Origin: Terriglobia bacterium
GTDB lineage: Bacteria; Acidobacteriota; Terriglobia; 20CM-2-55-15
DNA: 64,000 bases
Direction: 5' to 3'
Assembly (NCBI GenBank): GCA_965218585.1
Contig: CBDCLE010000010.1
Span: 1 to 64,000, forward strand
In this document: positions 55,025 through 64,000 of the stretch, in pieces
Layout of the letters: every line of letters begins with the position of its first letter
How positions within the stretch are numbered: the first letter of the stretch is position 1
Notes under the pieces: generated by a model
What the model was told of the DNA's origin: nothing
The model's input: the letters and a program-made list of their open reading frames with translations, nothing else
The model's database searches: none
Position numbers and translations under genes: made by a program

Positions 55025-55537
55025 TCAGCGGTTCCGCTGTATCCAGAATGCGACAACCACACCGAGGCCCAGCTTGGCGAAGTCGGCAATGCTGTATGCG
55101 GCGTGCACCAGGCCAAACGTCGTCAGCTCAGGCGGCCGGGGGTCACGAGGAACGAAATCCAGAGAGCGCCCCACCGAGACGATCGGCGGCGTCAACCCCA
55201 GGGTAAGAACCACAGCAAGGGCCAACATGATCCAAGCGCCGGTGCGTACACTCCTGGACTCCGAATTCCAGACGAGCCACACAAGCAGAACGCCCATGCC
55301 AATCTGCACGATGCCCCATCCAACGAAAAACAGCCGATTCACTTCGGATGAAACGTAACGCAAGAACTCCCGTGCAGAGTCAGGGCCCAGAGATGCAACA
55401 GCACTGTTGAACCCGGGAACCGGCCCATCAGCCAGAAGACGATCGATCAGATAGAAGTTCTGCGTGGCCACGACGCCCATAAAAACGGTCCCCATAACCC
55501 ACGCGCCGATCACAAACAATGCCACGTCACGTTTCAT
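55025..55537 (-). CDS. Four-TM membrane protein (DUF4149-like)
   Basis: Four hydrophobic segments, F..H..Y motif. Confidence 0.7.
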   Translation of the reverse strand: MKRDVALFVIGAWVMGTVFMGVVATQNFYLIDRLLADGPVPGFNSAVASLGPDSAREFLRYVSSEVNRLFFVGWGIVQIGMGVLLVWLVWNSESRSVRTGAWIMLALAVVLTLGLTPPIVSVGRSLDFVPRDPRPPELTTFGLVHAAYSIADFAKLGLGVVVAFWIQRNR

Positions 55538-55565
55538 AACTGGCTAAGACCGTCTCATTTCAAAG

Positions 55566-56282
55566 TCACCGGCGGCGAATCACACCCTTGGCATTCAAGA
55601 CAAACCCCTCGGGAAGAGTCTCCTCAACGGTTGGACGGTAGCCTTTGACCGGCCACCTCTGATCCGCGAAAATCTCTGTGATCCGGCGGCGAATTCGCGG
55701 ACGGTCGTCTGCCTCCAGAAACGCCTCCAGAAGCGTCTCCCGGACGGGTTCGCCGATGCTGGCTAATCCCTCAACCGCTGCGATCCGAACATCGTCATCA
55801 GAATCGTCGAGAAAACCTCGAAGGATAGGACTCATCTCCTCGGTGACATGGCCCCCGATCGCGCGGATCAGGCTGACCCTGTGTTCGGCCGCCGTGAATT
55901 CGCTCTCGGCTACAGTTTCGATGATCTCCATCAGATGCTCAACCAACGCCTCTTCCGGGAGAATCCGCTCCAGGGCCTGCATCGGCCAGTCCACCTGATG
56001 GTTGCTTTTCATGTAACGGAGAATGGGGGCGAGGGCATCTTCTCCCTTGCTGACCAGCATCTCGACAACCATCTGCTTTTCTTCGATATCCTGCGTGATG
56101 ACACGGCTCGACATGGTAAACCGCTTGACCAGACCGAAAAGCGCCTCTGGCGTCCCCCATTCCAGAAGCCTTTCCGCAGCTTCGATCCGGGGACCCTCTT
56201 CACCATGCGGTTCGGTGAGCCTCTTCACCGTACGGGCGATCTGCTTGGGCGAGGGACCACCTCGTCTGAAAAAATCAAACAT
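55566..56282 (-). CDS. HEAT-repeat protein
   Basis: L.D.DDDVR.AAV..L repeats. Confidence 0.75.
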   Translation of the reverse strand: MFDFFRRGGPSPKQIARTVKRLTEPHGEEGPRIEAAERLLEWGTPEALFGLVKRFTMSSRVITQDIEEKQMVVEMLVSKGEDALAPILRYMKSNHQVDWPMQALERILPEEALVEHLMEIIETVAESEFTAAEHRVSLIRAIGGHVTEEMSPILRGFLDDSDDDVRIAAVEGLASIGEPVRETLLEAFLEADDRPRIRRRITEIFADQRWPVKGYRPTVEETLPEGFVLNAKGVIRRR

Positions 56283-56338
56283 GAACGGATGAAAACGAGT
56301 GTGCCTTTCCGGCAGGAACCTGGAGGATGCCTCTTAGG

Positions 56339-57136
56339 TTATTCCCCAATGCGTGTCAAAGAAAAGGGGTCGACCCGTGCGTTCTGAACGCGAAAACCCC
56401 AATGCAGGTGTGGCCCTGTGACCCGGCCGGTCGCGCCCACCAATCCCACGATCTCTCCTTTTTCCACCATCTGACCCGGCTCGACATCGATCTCGGACAG
56501 GTGAAGGTAGACCGAGTAGACACCCAGACCATGATCCACGATCACGGTATTCCCGTTGAAGAAGTAGTCGCCGGTCTCGACGACCTGGCCACGGTTCGTC
56601 GACCGTATCGGGGTCCCGGTCGTTGCAGATATATCTGCGCCGGAATGAGGATTCCTCGGCTGATCGTTGAAAACGCGTCGATGACCGAAATTGCTGCCTT
56701 CAGCATTGGGAATCGGAACCGCGAATACATCGTCCCAAAGAATATCAGGTGTAATCCGGCCAAATACTTCTCCAAGCCTTCGGCTCTCCCTCCCGGATCG
56801 CTCAAGATCCTCAGGGCTCAATTCGACGAAGCGAGGCTCTACAGTGAGACGGGTTATTGGAAACGATTTGGATTCGACCCGAATGATTTCATCCAGCGCC
56901 TCGGTTCGCCCATCCGAAAATTGGAACGTCACCGGCGCCGGGTAGTCTCCCGTAGCGAGATCCACATCCGCGCCGATGATGGCAACCCATTCATCGCCGA
57001 CCTGGATCAGAGGAATCGTTCGGTTCCGCCACTGCACCTCAATCTGCTCCAAACCGTCTCGGTTCGGATATTCCAGCTGCAGGGCATCCCCCTGAACGAG
57101 GGAAAACACTGTCAGCATAAGAGCCAGAAAGGACAT
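56339..57136 (-). CDS. M23 family metallopeptidase
   Basis: HSGAD, HG, YLHL, TGRVTGPHLHW; GGAGG RBS. Confidence 0.92.
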   Translation of the reverse strand: MSFLALMLTVFSLVQGDALQLEYPNRDGLEQIEVQWRNRTIPLIQVGDEWVAIIGADVDLATGDYPAPVTFQFSDGRTEALDEIIRVESKSFPITRLTVEPRFVELSPEDLERSGRESRRLGEVFGRITPDILWDDVFAVPIPNAEGSNFGHRRVFNDQPRNPHSGADISATTGTPIRSTNRGQVVETGDYFFNGNTVIVDHGLGVYSVYLHLSEIDVEPGQMVEKGEIVGLVGATGRVTGPHLHWGFRVQNARVDPFSLTRIGE

Positions 57137-57252
57137 ATCGCCTCCGGTAAAGATTCTTACAGTCACAGACCGCATAGGCAGGGGCGCAACCGCCCAGGCG
57201 CATCTGAAATCATTCTACCCCCTTATTGGGGAAAGATCAGGTCCTTGCCCCT

Positions 57253-59421
57253 ATGCTTATGATGGATCTCGTGTCGAATACCGAAAACAACAGACTGCTG
57301 ACTCTCGAGGACATATTTCATCCCGAAGAGAAGGAAAACTTTGAGGGTCGGCTTTCCAAACAGAGGACGTGGGTTGACGATGACCACTACATCGAACGCG
57401 CGGACGATGACGATTCGCCCTGGGTGAGGATCGATGCCCGAAGCGGTGAAAGCACGACTCTTTATGATCCAGACACCCTGAAGGCCGCACTTGACGAAAT
57501 CGGAGAGATTTCGGCCACAGACTCCGTTGAGATGTCCCGCCCTTCGAAACACCAATTAAGCTCCGACCAAAAGACCGCTCTCATCCAACACAACGGCATG
57601 CTGATCTGCTACTGGCTCGATTCAGGTCGAGCCGTCTCGCTTAGCGACGACATCGATACGAAGGTGGGCGCCATTTTCAGTCCGAACGACAGACTGGCCA
57701 GCTACGTCAAGAACGACAACATCCACGTCACAGATCTTGAGACGGGAATGGCATACGCAATGACGAAGGGCGACGGAGGGTCGATTCTTTCCGGCTGTCT
57801 GGACTGGGTGTACCAGGAAGAAATATATGGCAGAGGTAACTTCACCGGTTATTGGTGGAGTCCGGATGCAACCCGCATCGCTTTCCTGGAGTTGGACACC
57901 TCCGAGGTTCCCCAACGTCGAATTATCGATCACACATCGGAGGGGAACGATCCCAAGACCCGGTACCCGAGGCCGGGCGAATCCAATCCGACGGTACGCC
58001 TGGGTGTGGTCAACGTCCCGAATGGAGAGGTGCGCTGGATAGATTCGTCACCGTACGCATCGATCGATCACCTGATCGTCCGGGTCGCCTGGAATGCGGA
58101 CGGGTCCTCCCTTCTCTATCAGGTCCAGGATCGGGAGCAGCAGTGGCTGGACCTGGTGAGGGCAGACCCGGACACCTGCCAATCCGTCACCGTCATGCGC
58201 GAGACTTCCCAGGCTTGGGTCCAGCCCCTCGATAACCCTTACTGGCTCGAAGACGGGTCTTTCCTGTGGATTTCGGAGCGCTCCGGAAGGAAACACATCT
58301 ACCACTACGGAAGGGACAACAAACTGAAAGGCTCCCTTACCTCCGGCGATTGGGACGTCACCGAAATATACGGGGTTGACCCGGGTCATGGATGGATCTA
58401 CTTCTCTTCGACCGAACACAGCCCGTTGGCTTCACATGTCTACCGGGCCCGGTTGAATGGTCGCGACCGGGAGAGACTCACCCAGACTGAAGGCAACCAC
58501 ACTGCCTCCTTCTCGCAAGATTTTCGATACTTTCTCGACACCTGGTCAAACATCCGAACGCCTCCTGAGGTCAGTCTGCGACCGGTTTCGCACGAAGGTG
58601 AAGCCGAGTCGAAAACCTTGGAAACAAATCTCGTTCAAGGTCTCGACACCTACGAGTGGGGTACTACCGAATACATTGAAGTCACATCGCGAGACGGACT
58701 TGGGCTTCCCACAATGATGATCAAACCACCGGACTTCGATCCCGATCGCCAGTACCCTGTCCTGTGCCATGTCTACGGCGGCCCTATGGCACCGAAGGTG
58801 AGGAACGCATGGGGCGGTGAGCTCGGAGCCTGGCACCACATGCTGGCCCAACGAGGATGCGTCGTCTGGATCTCGGACAATCGATCTTCAAGCGGCCGGG
58901 GCGTGGCATCCTCCTGGCCGATCTATCGCCGCTTCGGAGAGCAGGAACTGGCCGACATCGAAGACGGGATCACCTGGCTCAAATCACAGCGTTATGTCGA
59001 TCCGGAACGTTTCGAAATATGGGGCTGGAGCTTCGGTGGATACCTCACCGCTTACGCTATGACCCATAGCACTTTGTTCCGGATGGGAATTGCTGGAGCG
59101 CCAGTCACAGACTGGAGCCTCTATGACAGCATTTACACCGAACGATATATGTCACAACCCTCGACGAACGTCGAGGGCTACCGGAGCAGCTCCGTCCTGG
59201 CAGCTGCGGACCAGCTCCACGGAAAACTGCTGATCCTCCATGGAACGATAGATGACAACGTTCACATCGAACACTCTATGCGCCTGGTCCGCGAGCTCCA
59301 AAGAGCCGGCAAGGACTTTCAGACCATGTTCTATCCCCAATCCAAACACAAGATTGAAGATCCCGACCAGCGCTACCACATGCACCGGGTGATGACAGAT
59401 TTCGTCCTTGAAAACCTCTAG
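57253..59421 (+). CDS. S9B dipeptidyl peptidase IV-like protein
   Basis: DWVYQEE, WWSPD, GWSFGG, YTERYM, DDNVH, terminal His. Confidence 0.94.
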   Translation: MLMMDLVSNTENNRLLTLEDIFHPEEKENFEGRLSKQRTWVDDDHYIERADDDDSPWVRIDARSGESTTLYDPDTLKAALDEIGEISATDSVEMSRPSKHQLSSDQKTALIQHNGMLICYWLDSGRAVSLSDDIDTKVGAIFSPNDRLASYVKNDNIHVTDLETGMAYAMTKGDGGSILSGCLDWVYQEEIYGRGNFTGYWWSPDATRIAFLELDTSEVPQRRIIDHTSEGNDPKTRYPRPGESNPTVRLGVVNVPNGEVRWIDSSPYASIDHLIVRVAWNADGSSLLYQVQDREQQWLDLVRADPDTCQSVTVMRETSQAWVQPLDNPYWLEDGSFLWISERSGRKHIYHYGRDNKLKGSLTSGDWDVTEIYGVDPGHGWIYFSSTEHSPLASHVYRARLNGRDRERLTQTEGNHTASFSQDFRYFLDTWSNIRTPPEVSLRPVSHEGEAESKTLETNLVQGLDTYEWGTTEYIEVTSRDGLGLPTMMIKPPDFDPDRQYPVLCHVYGGPMAPKVRNAWGGELGAWHHMLAQRGCVVWISDNRSSSGRGVASSWPIYRRFGEQELADIEDGITWLKSQRYVDPERFEIWGWSFGGYLTAYAMTHSTLFRMGIAGAPVTDWSLYDSIYTERYMSQPSTNVEGYRSSSVLAAADQLHGKLLILHGTIDDNVHIEHSMRLVRELQRAGKDFQTMFYPQSKHKIEDPDQRYHMHRVMTDFVLENL

Positions 59422-59687
59422 TGGCCTGTACCACCCATATTGGGACCAGCGTTGCGGCCAAACGGCATTGGATTCTAGGAGTCGGCGACGAGGGAATGTT
59501 CCCCCATTGCGAGCCCACGACAACGAAGACGATGCCGTTTCGCCGCAACCCTGCGGGCCGATGGGGGTTGTGGGCGATATCTTTGTTGCGAGCCGTCATG
59601 GATGTGAAAACATCAATTTCCGTCTCGCGCCGCGATCTCGCCCGCAAGATCCGTCGGCGCTGGTCCCAATATGGGTGGTACAGGCCC
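59422..59687. mobile_element. 266-bp MITE with 29-bp perfect terminal inverted repeats
   Basis: GGCCTGTACCACCCATATTGGGACCAGCG (59423-59451) and its reverse complement (59658-59686); CTAG at 59418-59421 and 59688-59691. Confidence 0.88.
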
Positions 59688-59691
59688 CTAG

Positions 59692-59813
59692 CAGCCTGTC
59701 GGGCTTTCGGCGTAAGTCCTTTGTGTTCAACGACACCCCTTTTCAGCTCGAAACTGTAAACACAATCATATGAATTGCTTAGATTTTCGATTTGGTGTTA
59801 GTCCGACAGGCTC
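59692..59813. mobile_element. 122-bp MITE with IS1182-like ends
   Basis: CAGCCTGTCGGGCT...AGTCCGACAGGCTC; CTAG on both sides; AGCCTG terminus shared with the adjacent IS. Confidence 0.78.
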
Positions 59814-59817
59814 CTAG

Positions 59818-61367
59818 GAGCCTGCGCCGTAGGAAGTGAATGAGATAATAGTGTCGCAGTTAGGAGGAGAATGCGATGCCGACGACGTTTCGCCCGTACC
59901 AGCCGGAGCAGGGGTTGCTGCTGGCGCCGGATATACGGGATTGGTTGCCGGAGGGGCACTTGGCACACCATGTGAGCGATCTGGTGGACGGATTGGACTT
60001 GACGGCGTTTTACGCGCCTTACGAGGGGGACGGTCGTCGCAAGTCGCCGTATGAGCCGCGGATGATGGCGAAGGTGCTGATCTACGGGTACGCGACGGGG
60101 GTGTTTTCGTCCCGAGGGCTGGCGCGGAAGCTGGAGGAGGACGTGGCATTTCGGGTGTTGGCGGCGGGGAATTTTCCGAGCCATCGGACGATTTGCGAGT
60201 TTCGCCGGCGTCATTTGTCGGATTTCAAGGCGCTGTTTGTGGAGGTGGTCGGTCTGGCGCGCGAGACCGGGGTTGGGAACTTCGGCAAGTTGTCGATCGA
60301 CGGGACGAAGGTTCGAGCCAATGCCAGCAAGCGCAAGGCGATGAGTTACGGTCGGATGCAGGAGGAGGAGCGGCGCCTGGAGGGCGAGATCGAAGCGTTG
60401 CTGTCGCGCGCGCGGGAGACCGATGCGGCGGAGGACGCGCGTTTCGGGGAGGCGCATCGCGGCGATGAGTTACCCGAGGAGTTGCGCCGCCGGGAGGATC
60501 GGCTGGCGGCGATCCGGGCGGCCAGGGCGCGATTGGAGGCCAGGCAACGGGAGGCCGACGAGGCGCGGGGACGCGAGCCCGGTTCGAAGCGCAACCGGAA
60601 GAGCGGGCGGCCCTACAAGCGGGAATACGGCGAGCCGGACGAGAAGGCGCAGGACAACTTCACCGATCCCGAAAGCCGGATCATGAAGACCTCATCGGAG
60701 GGTTTTCAGCAGTGCTACAACGCGCAGGTGGCGGTGGAGGGAGAGAAGCAGTTGATCGTCGCCACCGAGGTGTCGTCGAACGCCAGCGACCAGGGTCGGC
60801 TGGTCCCGTTGGTGGACGAGGTGGAGGCCACCCATGGGGAACGGCCCGAGACGGTGCTGGCGGATGCGGGCTACTGCAACGAGGACGACCTGGAGGCGCT
60901 GGAGGCGCGCGGCGTGGACGGCTATGTGGCCTTGGGCCGGGAGGGCCGGCGCGCGGTCGCGGTAGACGCCGCCAGGCATCCGGCGAAGGCCCGCATGGCC
61001 GAGAAGCTGTCGATGGAGGCGGGACGGGTGCAGTACGCCCAGCGCAAATGGCTGTCGGAGGCGCCCAACGGGTGGATCAAGGAGGTGCTCGGCTTCCGCC
61101 GATTCAGCCTGCGCGGCCTGAACAAGGTCCAGGGCGAGTGGAACTTGGTGTGTCTGGCATTGAACGTCAAGCGGATGCAGGGGCTTCAGGCAGCCTGATG
61201 ACAGGGATACCGCCCGCAAATCAGGCCGAACGAGGGTCGATTCAAGCACCCGTGGCGCACCCATCGGCGCCTCGTCGTCCAAAACGCCCATTCCCCGGTC
61301 ACCGATACCGATCAATCGCCATATCGCGAAATTCGCCGAGTCGAAAATCGTCCTACGGCGCAGGCTC
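59818..61367 (+). mobile_element. IS1182-family element copy 1 (1550 bp)
   Basis: 17-bp perfect IR GAGCCTGCGCCGTAGGA; CTAG flanks. Confidence 0.93.
59876..61198 (+). CDS. IS1182-family transposase
   Basis: WLPEGHLA, YGYATGVFSSR, IDGTKVRANAS, TDPESRIM, ADAGY, LGFRRFSLRG. Confidence 0.93.
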   Translation: MPTTFRPYQPEQGLLLAPDIRDWLPEGHLAHHVSDLVDGLDLTAFYAPYEGDGRRKSPYEPRMMAKVLIYGYATGVFSSRGLARKLEEDVAFRVLAAGNFPSHRTICEFRRRHLSDFKALFVEVVGLARETGVGNFGKLSIDGTKVRANASKRKAMSYGRMQEEERRLEGEIEALLSRARETDAAEDARFGEAHRGDELPEELRRREDRLAAIRAARARLEARQREADEARGREPGSKRNRKSGRPYKREYGEPDEKAQDNFTDPESRIMKTSSEGFQQCYNAQVAVEGEKQLIVATEVSSNASDQGRLVPLVDEVEATHGERPETVLADAGYCNEDDLEALEARGVDGYVALGREGRRAVAVDAARHPAKARMAEKLSMEAGRVQYAQRKWLSEAPNGWIKEVLGFRRFSLRGLNKVQGEWNLVCLALNVKRMQGLQAA

Positions 61368-61371
61368 CTAG

Positions 61372-62921
61372 GAGCCTGCGCCGTAGGAAGTGAATGAGAT
61401 AATAGTGTCGCAGTTAGGAGGAGAATGCGATGCCGACGACGTTTCGCCCGTACCAGCCGGAGCAGGGGTTGCTGCTGGCGCCGGATATACGGGATTGGTT
61501 GCCGGAGGGGCACTTGGCACACCATGTGAGCGATCTGGTGGACGGATTGGACTTGACGGCGTTTTACGCGCCTTACGAGGGGGACGGTCGTCGCAAGTCG
61601 CCGTATGAGCCGCGGATGATGGCGAAGGTGCTGATCTACGGGTACGCGACGGGGGTGTTTTCGTCCCGAGGGCTGGCGCGGAAGCTGGAGGAGGACGTGG
61701 CATTTCGGGTGTTGGCGGCGGGGAATTTTCCGAGCCATCGGACGATTTGCGAGTTTCGCCGGCGTCATTTGTCGGATTTCAAGGCGCTGTTTGTGGAGGT
61801 GGTCGGTCTGGCGCGCGAGACCGGGGTTGGGAACTTCGGCAAGTTGTCGATCGACGGGACGAAGGTTCGAGCCAATGCCAGCAAGCGCAAGGCGATGAGT
61901 TACGGTCGGATGCAGGAGGAGGAGCGGCGCCTGGAGGGCGAGATCGAAGCGTTGCTGTCGCGCGCGCGGGAGACCGATGCGGCGGAGGACGCGCGTTTCG
62001 GGGAGGCGCATCGCGGCGATGAGTTACCCGAGGAGTTGCGCCGCCGGGAGGATCGGCTGGCGGCGATCCGGGCGGCCAGGGCGCGATTGGAGGCCAGGCA
62101 ACGGGAGGCCGACGAGGCGCGGGGACGCGAGCCCGGTTCGAAGCGCAACCGGAAGAGCGGGCGGCCCTACAAGCGGGAATACGGCGAGCCGGACGAGAAG
62201 GCGCAGGACAACTTCACCGATCCCGAAAGCCGGATCATGAAGACCTCATCGGAGGGTTTTCAGCAGTGCTACAACGCGCAGGTGGCGGTGGAGGGAGAGA
62301 AGCAGTTGATCGTCGCCACCGAGGTGTCGTCGAACGCCAGCGACCAGGGTCGGCTGGTCCCGTTGGTGGACGAGGTGGAGGCCACCCATGGGGAACGGCC
62401 CGAGACGGTGCTGGCGGATGCGGGCTACTGCAACGAGGACGACCTGGAGGCGCTGGAGGCGCGCGGCGTGGACGGCTATGTGGCCTTGGGCCGGGAGGGC
62501 CGGCGCGCGGTCGCGGTAGACGCCGCCAGGCATCCGGCGAAGGCCCGCATGGCCGAGAAGCTGTCGATGGAGGCGGGACGGGTGCAGTACGCCCAGCGCA
62601 AATGGCTGTCGGAGGCGCCCAACGGGTGGATCAAGGAGGTGCTCGGCTTCCGCCGATTCAGCCTGCGCGGCCTGAACAAGGTCCAGGGCGAGTGGAACTT
62701 GGTGTGTCTGGCATTGAACGTCAAGCGGATGCAGGGGCTTCAGGCAGCCTGATGACAGGGATACCGCCCGCAAATCAGGCCGAACGAGGGTCGATTCAAG
62801 CACCCGTGGCGCACCCATCGGCGCCTCGTCGTCCAAAACGCCCATTCCCCGGTCACCGATACCGATCAATCGCCATATCGCGAAATTCGCCGAGTCGAAA
62901 ATCGTCCTACGGCGCAGGCTC
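61372..62921 (+). mobile_element. IS1182-family element copy 2 (tandem)
   Basis: Direct repeat of 59818-61367 separated by a single CTAG; CTAG at 62922-62925. Confidence 0.93.
61430..62752 (+). CDS. IS1182-family transposase
   Basis: Translation identical to 59876-61198. Confidence 0.93.
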   Translation: MPTTFRPYQPEQGLLLAPDIRDWLPEGHLAHHVSDLVDGLDLTAFYAPYEGDGRRKSPYEPRMMAKVLIYGYATGVFSSRGLARKLEEDVAFRVLAAGNFPSHRTICEFRRRHLSDFKALFVEVVGLARETGVGNFGKLSIDGTKVRANASKRKAMSYGRMQEEERRLEGEIEALLSRARETDAAEDARFGEAHRGDELPEELRRREDRLAAIRAARARLEARQREADEARGREPGSKRNRKSGRPYKREYGEPDEKAQDNFTDPESRIMKTSSEGFQQCYNAQVAVEGEKQLIVATEVSSNASDQGRLVPLVDEVEATHGERPETVLADAGYCNEDDLEALEARGVDGYVALGREGRRAVAVDAARHPAKARMAEKLSMEAGRVQYAQRKWLSEAPNGWIKEVLGFRRFSLRGLNKVQGEWNLVCLALNVKRMQGLQAA

Positions 62922-63054
62922 CTAGGCCCCTGGAAAGTTTTCTTTTCTAATGGAATACAGCTCACTTTTCCCTGAGATATCCGTCTTATACACTTTTTGG
63001 GGATTCGTGAATGATTCTTGGAACATTAACTCCTTTCGTGGAATAATTTAACCC

Positions 63055-63777
63055 ATGGATAGCGTCTCAGTATTTGCCGCTTTCGCGGCTGGAATCGTTT
63101 CCTTCTTGTCTCCCTGTGTTCTGCCTTTGGTCCCGGGCTACATCTCGATTGTTTCCGGTGTTTCCCTGGAACAACTGCAGTCGGATCGCAGTGCATCGAT
63201 GACCCGGATGGTTATTTTCAACTCTGTTTTCTTTATCTGTGGTTTTTCAGTGACGTTCATCGCATTGGGTGCCTCGGCGACGTTACTGGGACAGGTCATC
63301 ATGGGACAGATGGCTATCCTCTATCGAATTGCCGGCGTCGTGATCATCATTTTCGGCCTTCACCTGATGGGCATCTTCAAGATCCCTTTCCTTTACCAGG
63401 ACAAGCGATTCCATAATGTCGACAAGCCGAGGGGCATGTTTGGCGCCTTTATTCTGGGCCTGGCTTTCGCGTTTGGCTGGACGCCCTGCATCGGCCCGAT
63501 TCTGGCCGGCATCCTGACCTTCGCGAGCACCAAGGAAACTGTCTATCAGGGCATCTTTCTTCTGGCAATCTATTCGGCTGGCCTCGGCCTGCCCTTCCTT
63601 CTGACCAGCCTGGGACTCAATAAGTTCCTGTCCTTTTATGGCCGGTTCAAACACCACTTCCATACCGTGGAAGTTGTCAGCGGCGTTCTCGTTATTACTG
63701 TGGGCGTCCTGATCCTGACCAACAATTTCACCCGACTGTCGGGCTACCTGGGCTTCTTGAACCGCTTCGCACTGTAG
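63055..63777 (+). CDS. ccdA: Cytochrome c biogenesis protein CcdA
   Basis: SFLSPCVLPLVPGY, FGWTPCIGPIL. Confidence 0.93.
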   Translation: MDSVSVFAAFAAGIVSFLSPCVLPLVPGYISIVSGVSLEQLQSDRSASMTRMVIFNSVFFICGFSVTFIALGASATLLGQVIMGQMAILYRIAGVVIIIFGLHLMGIFKIPFLYQDKRFHNVDKPRGMFGAFILGLAFAFGWTPCIGPILAGILTFASTKETVYQGIFLLAIYSAGLGLPFLLTSLGLNKFLSFYGRFKHHFHTVEVVSGVLVITVGVLILTNNFTRLSGYLGFLNRFAL

Positions 63778-63840
63778 ATCCGATCGGGGCCCTTGCTACG
63801 GACACTTTCCCGAGTCCCGGTGTGTTAGAATCACGCGCCC

Positions 63841-63990
63841 ATGGATGAACTCCTGGCACGTCTTCTGACCAGTGCTGAAGAGAGATACGACGCCGCGCGC
63901 ATTCAGGAGCTGAAGCCGTTTCTTGAACAGGCAGCTTCCGACCTCTACGAACTCTTCCAACACGAACTGGACCCTTCCGATGGCGAGTGA
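63841..63990 (+). CDS. Small acidic hypothetical protein (49 aa)
   Basis: Hand-read ORF MDELLARLL...DPSDGE; stop overlaps a GTG that may start the next gene. Confidence 0.45.
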   Translation: MDELLARLLTSAEERYDAARIQELKPFLEQAASDLYELFQHELDPSDGE

Positions 63991-64000
63991 AGAACTTTCC

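Overview
Bacterial chromosomal window, most plausibly from an Acidobacteria-like lineage (inferred from gene content: tol-pal, UPF0182, DUF1549/DUF1553 plus DUF1501, Lys-rich histone-like protein). Housekeeping blocks (msrPQ, yajQ-ssb-tol/pal, recN, hemF, moaA, dapD/A/B, cyaY, ccdA) are interspersed with many recent mobile elements. These are three IS1380-like copies (one only partly in the window), an IS110/IS1111-type element with its 3' non-coding (bridge/seekRNA-like) region, IS256, a truncated IS21 that broke a subtilase gene, and two tandem IS1182 copies. The most striking structures are: (1) a nested train of four CTAG-flanked elements (266-bp MITE, 122-bp MITE, IS1182, IS1182) stacked on the TAG stop codon of an S9 peptidase, with two IS1380 copies likewise sitting on TAG stop codons; (2) a modular, hairpin-rich dispersed non-coding repeat family with AGGA-loop hairpins (4.7, 17.6, 27.3, 45.9, 50.9 kb); (3) a candidate structured RNA downstream of a 61%-lysine histone-like gene; (4) several frameshifts and in-frame stops suggesting gene decay or assembly error. 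No rRNA, tRNA or CRISPR array was found. All calls are by eye, without database searches.
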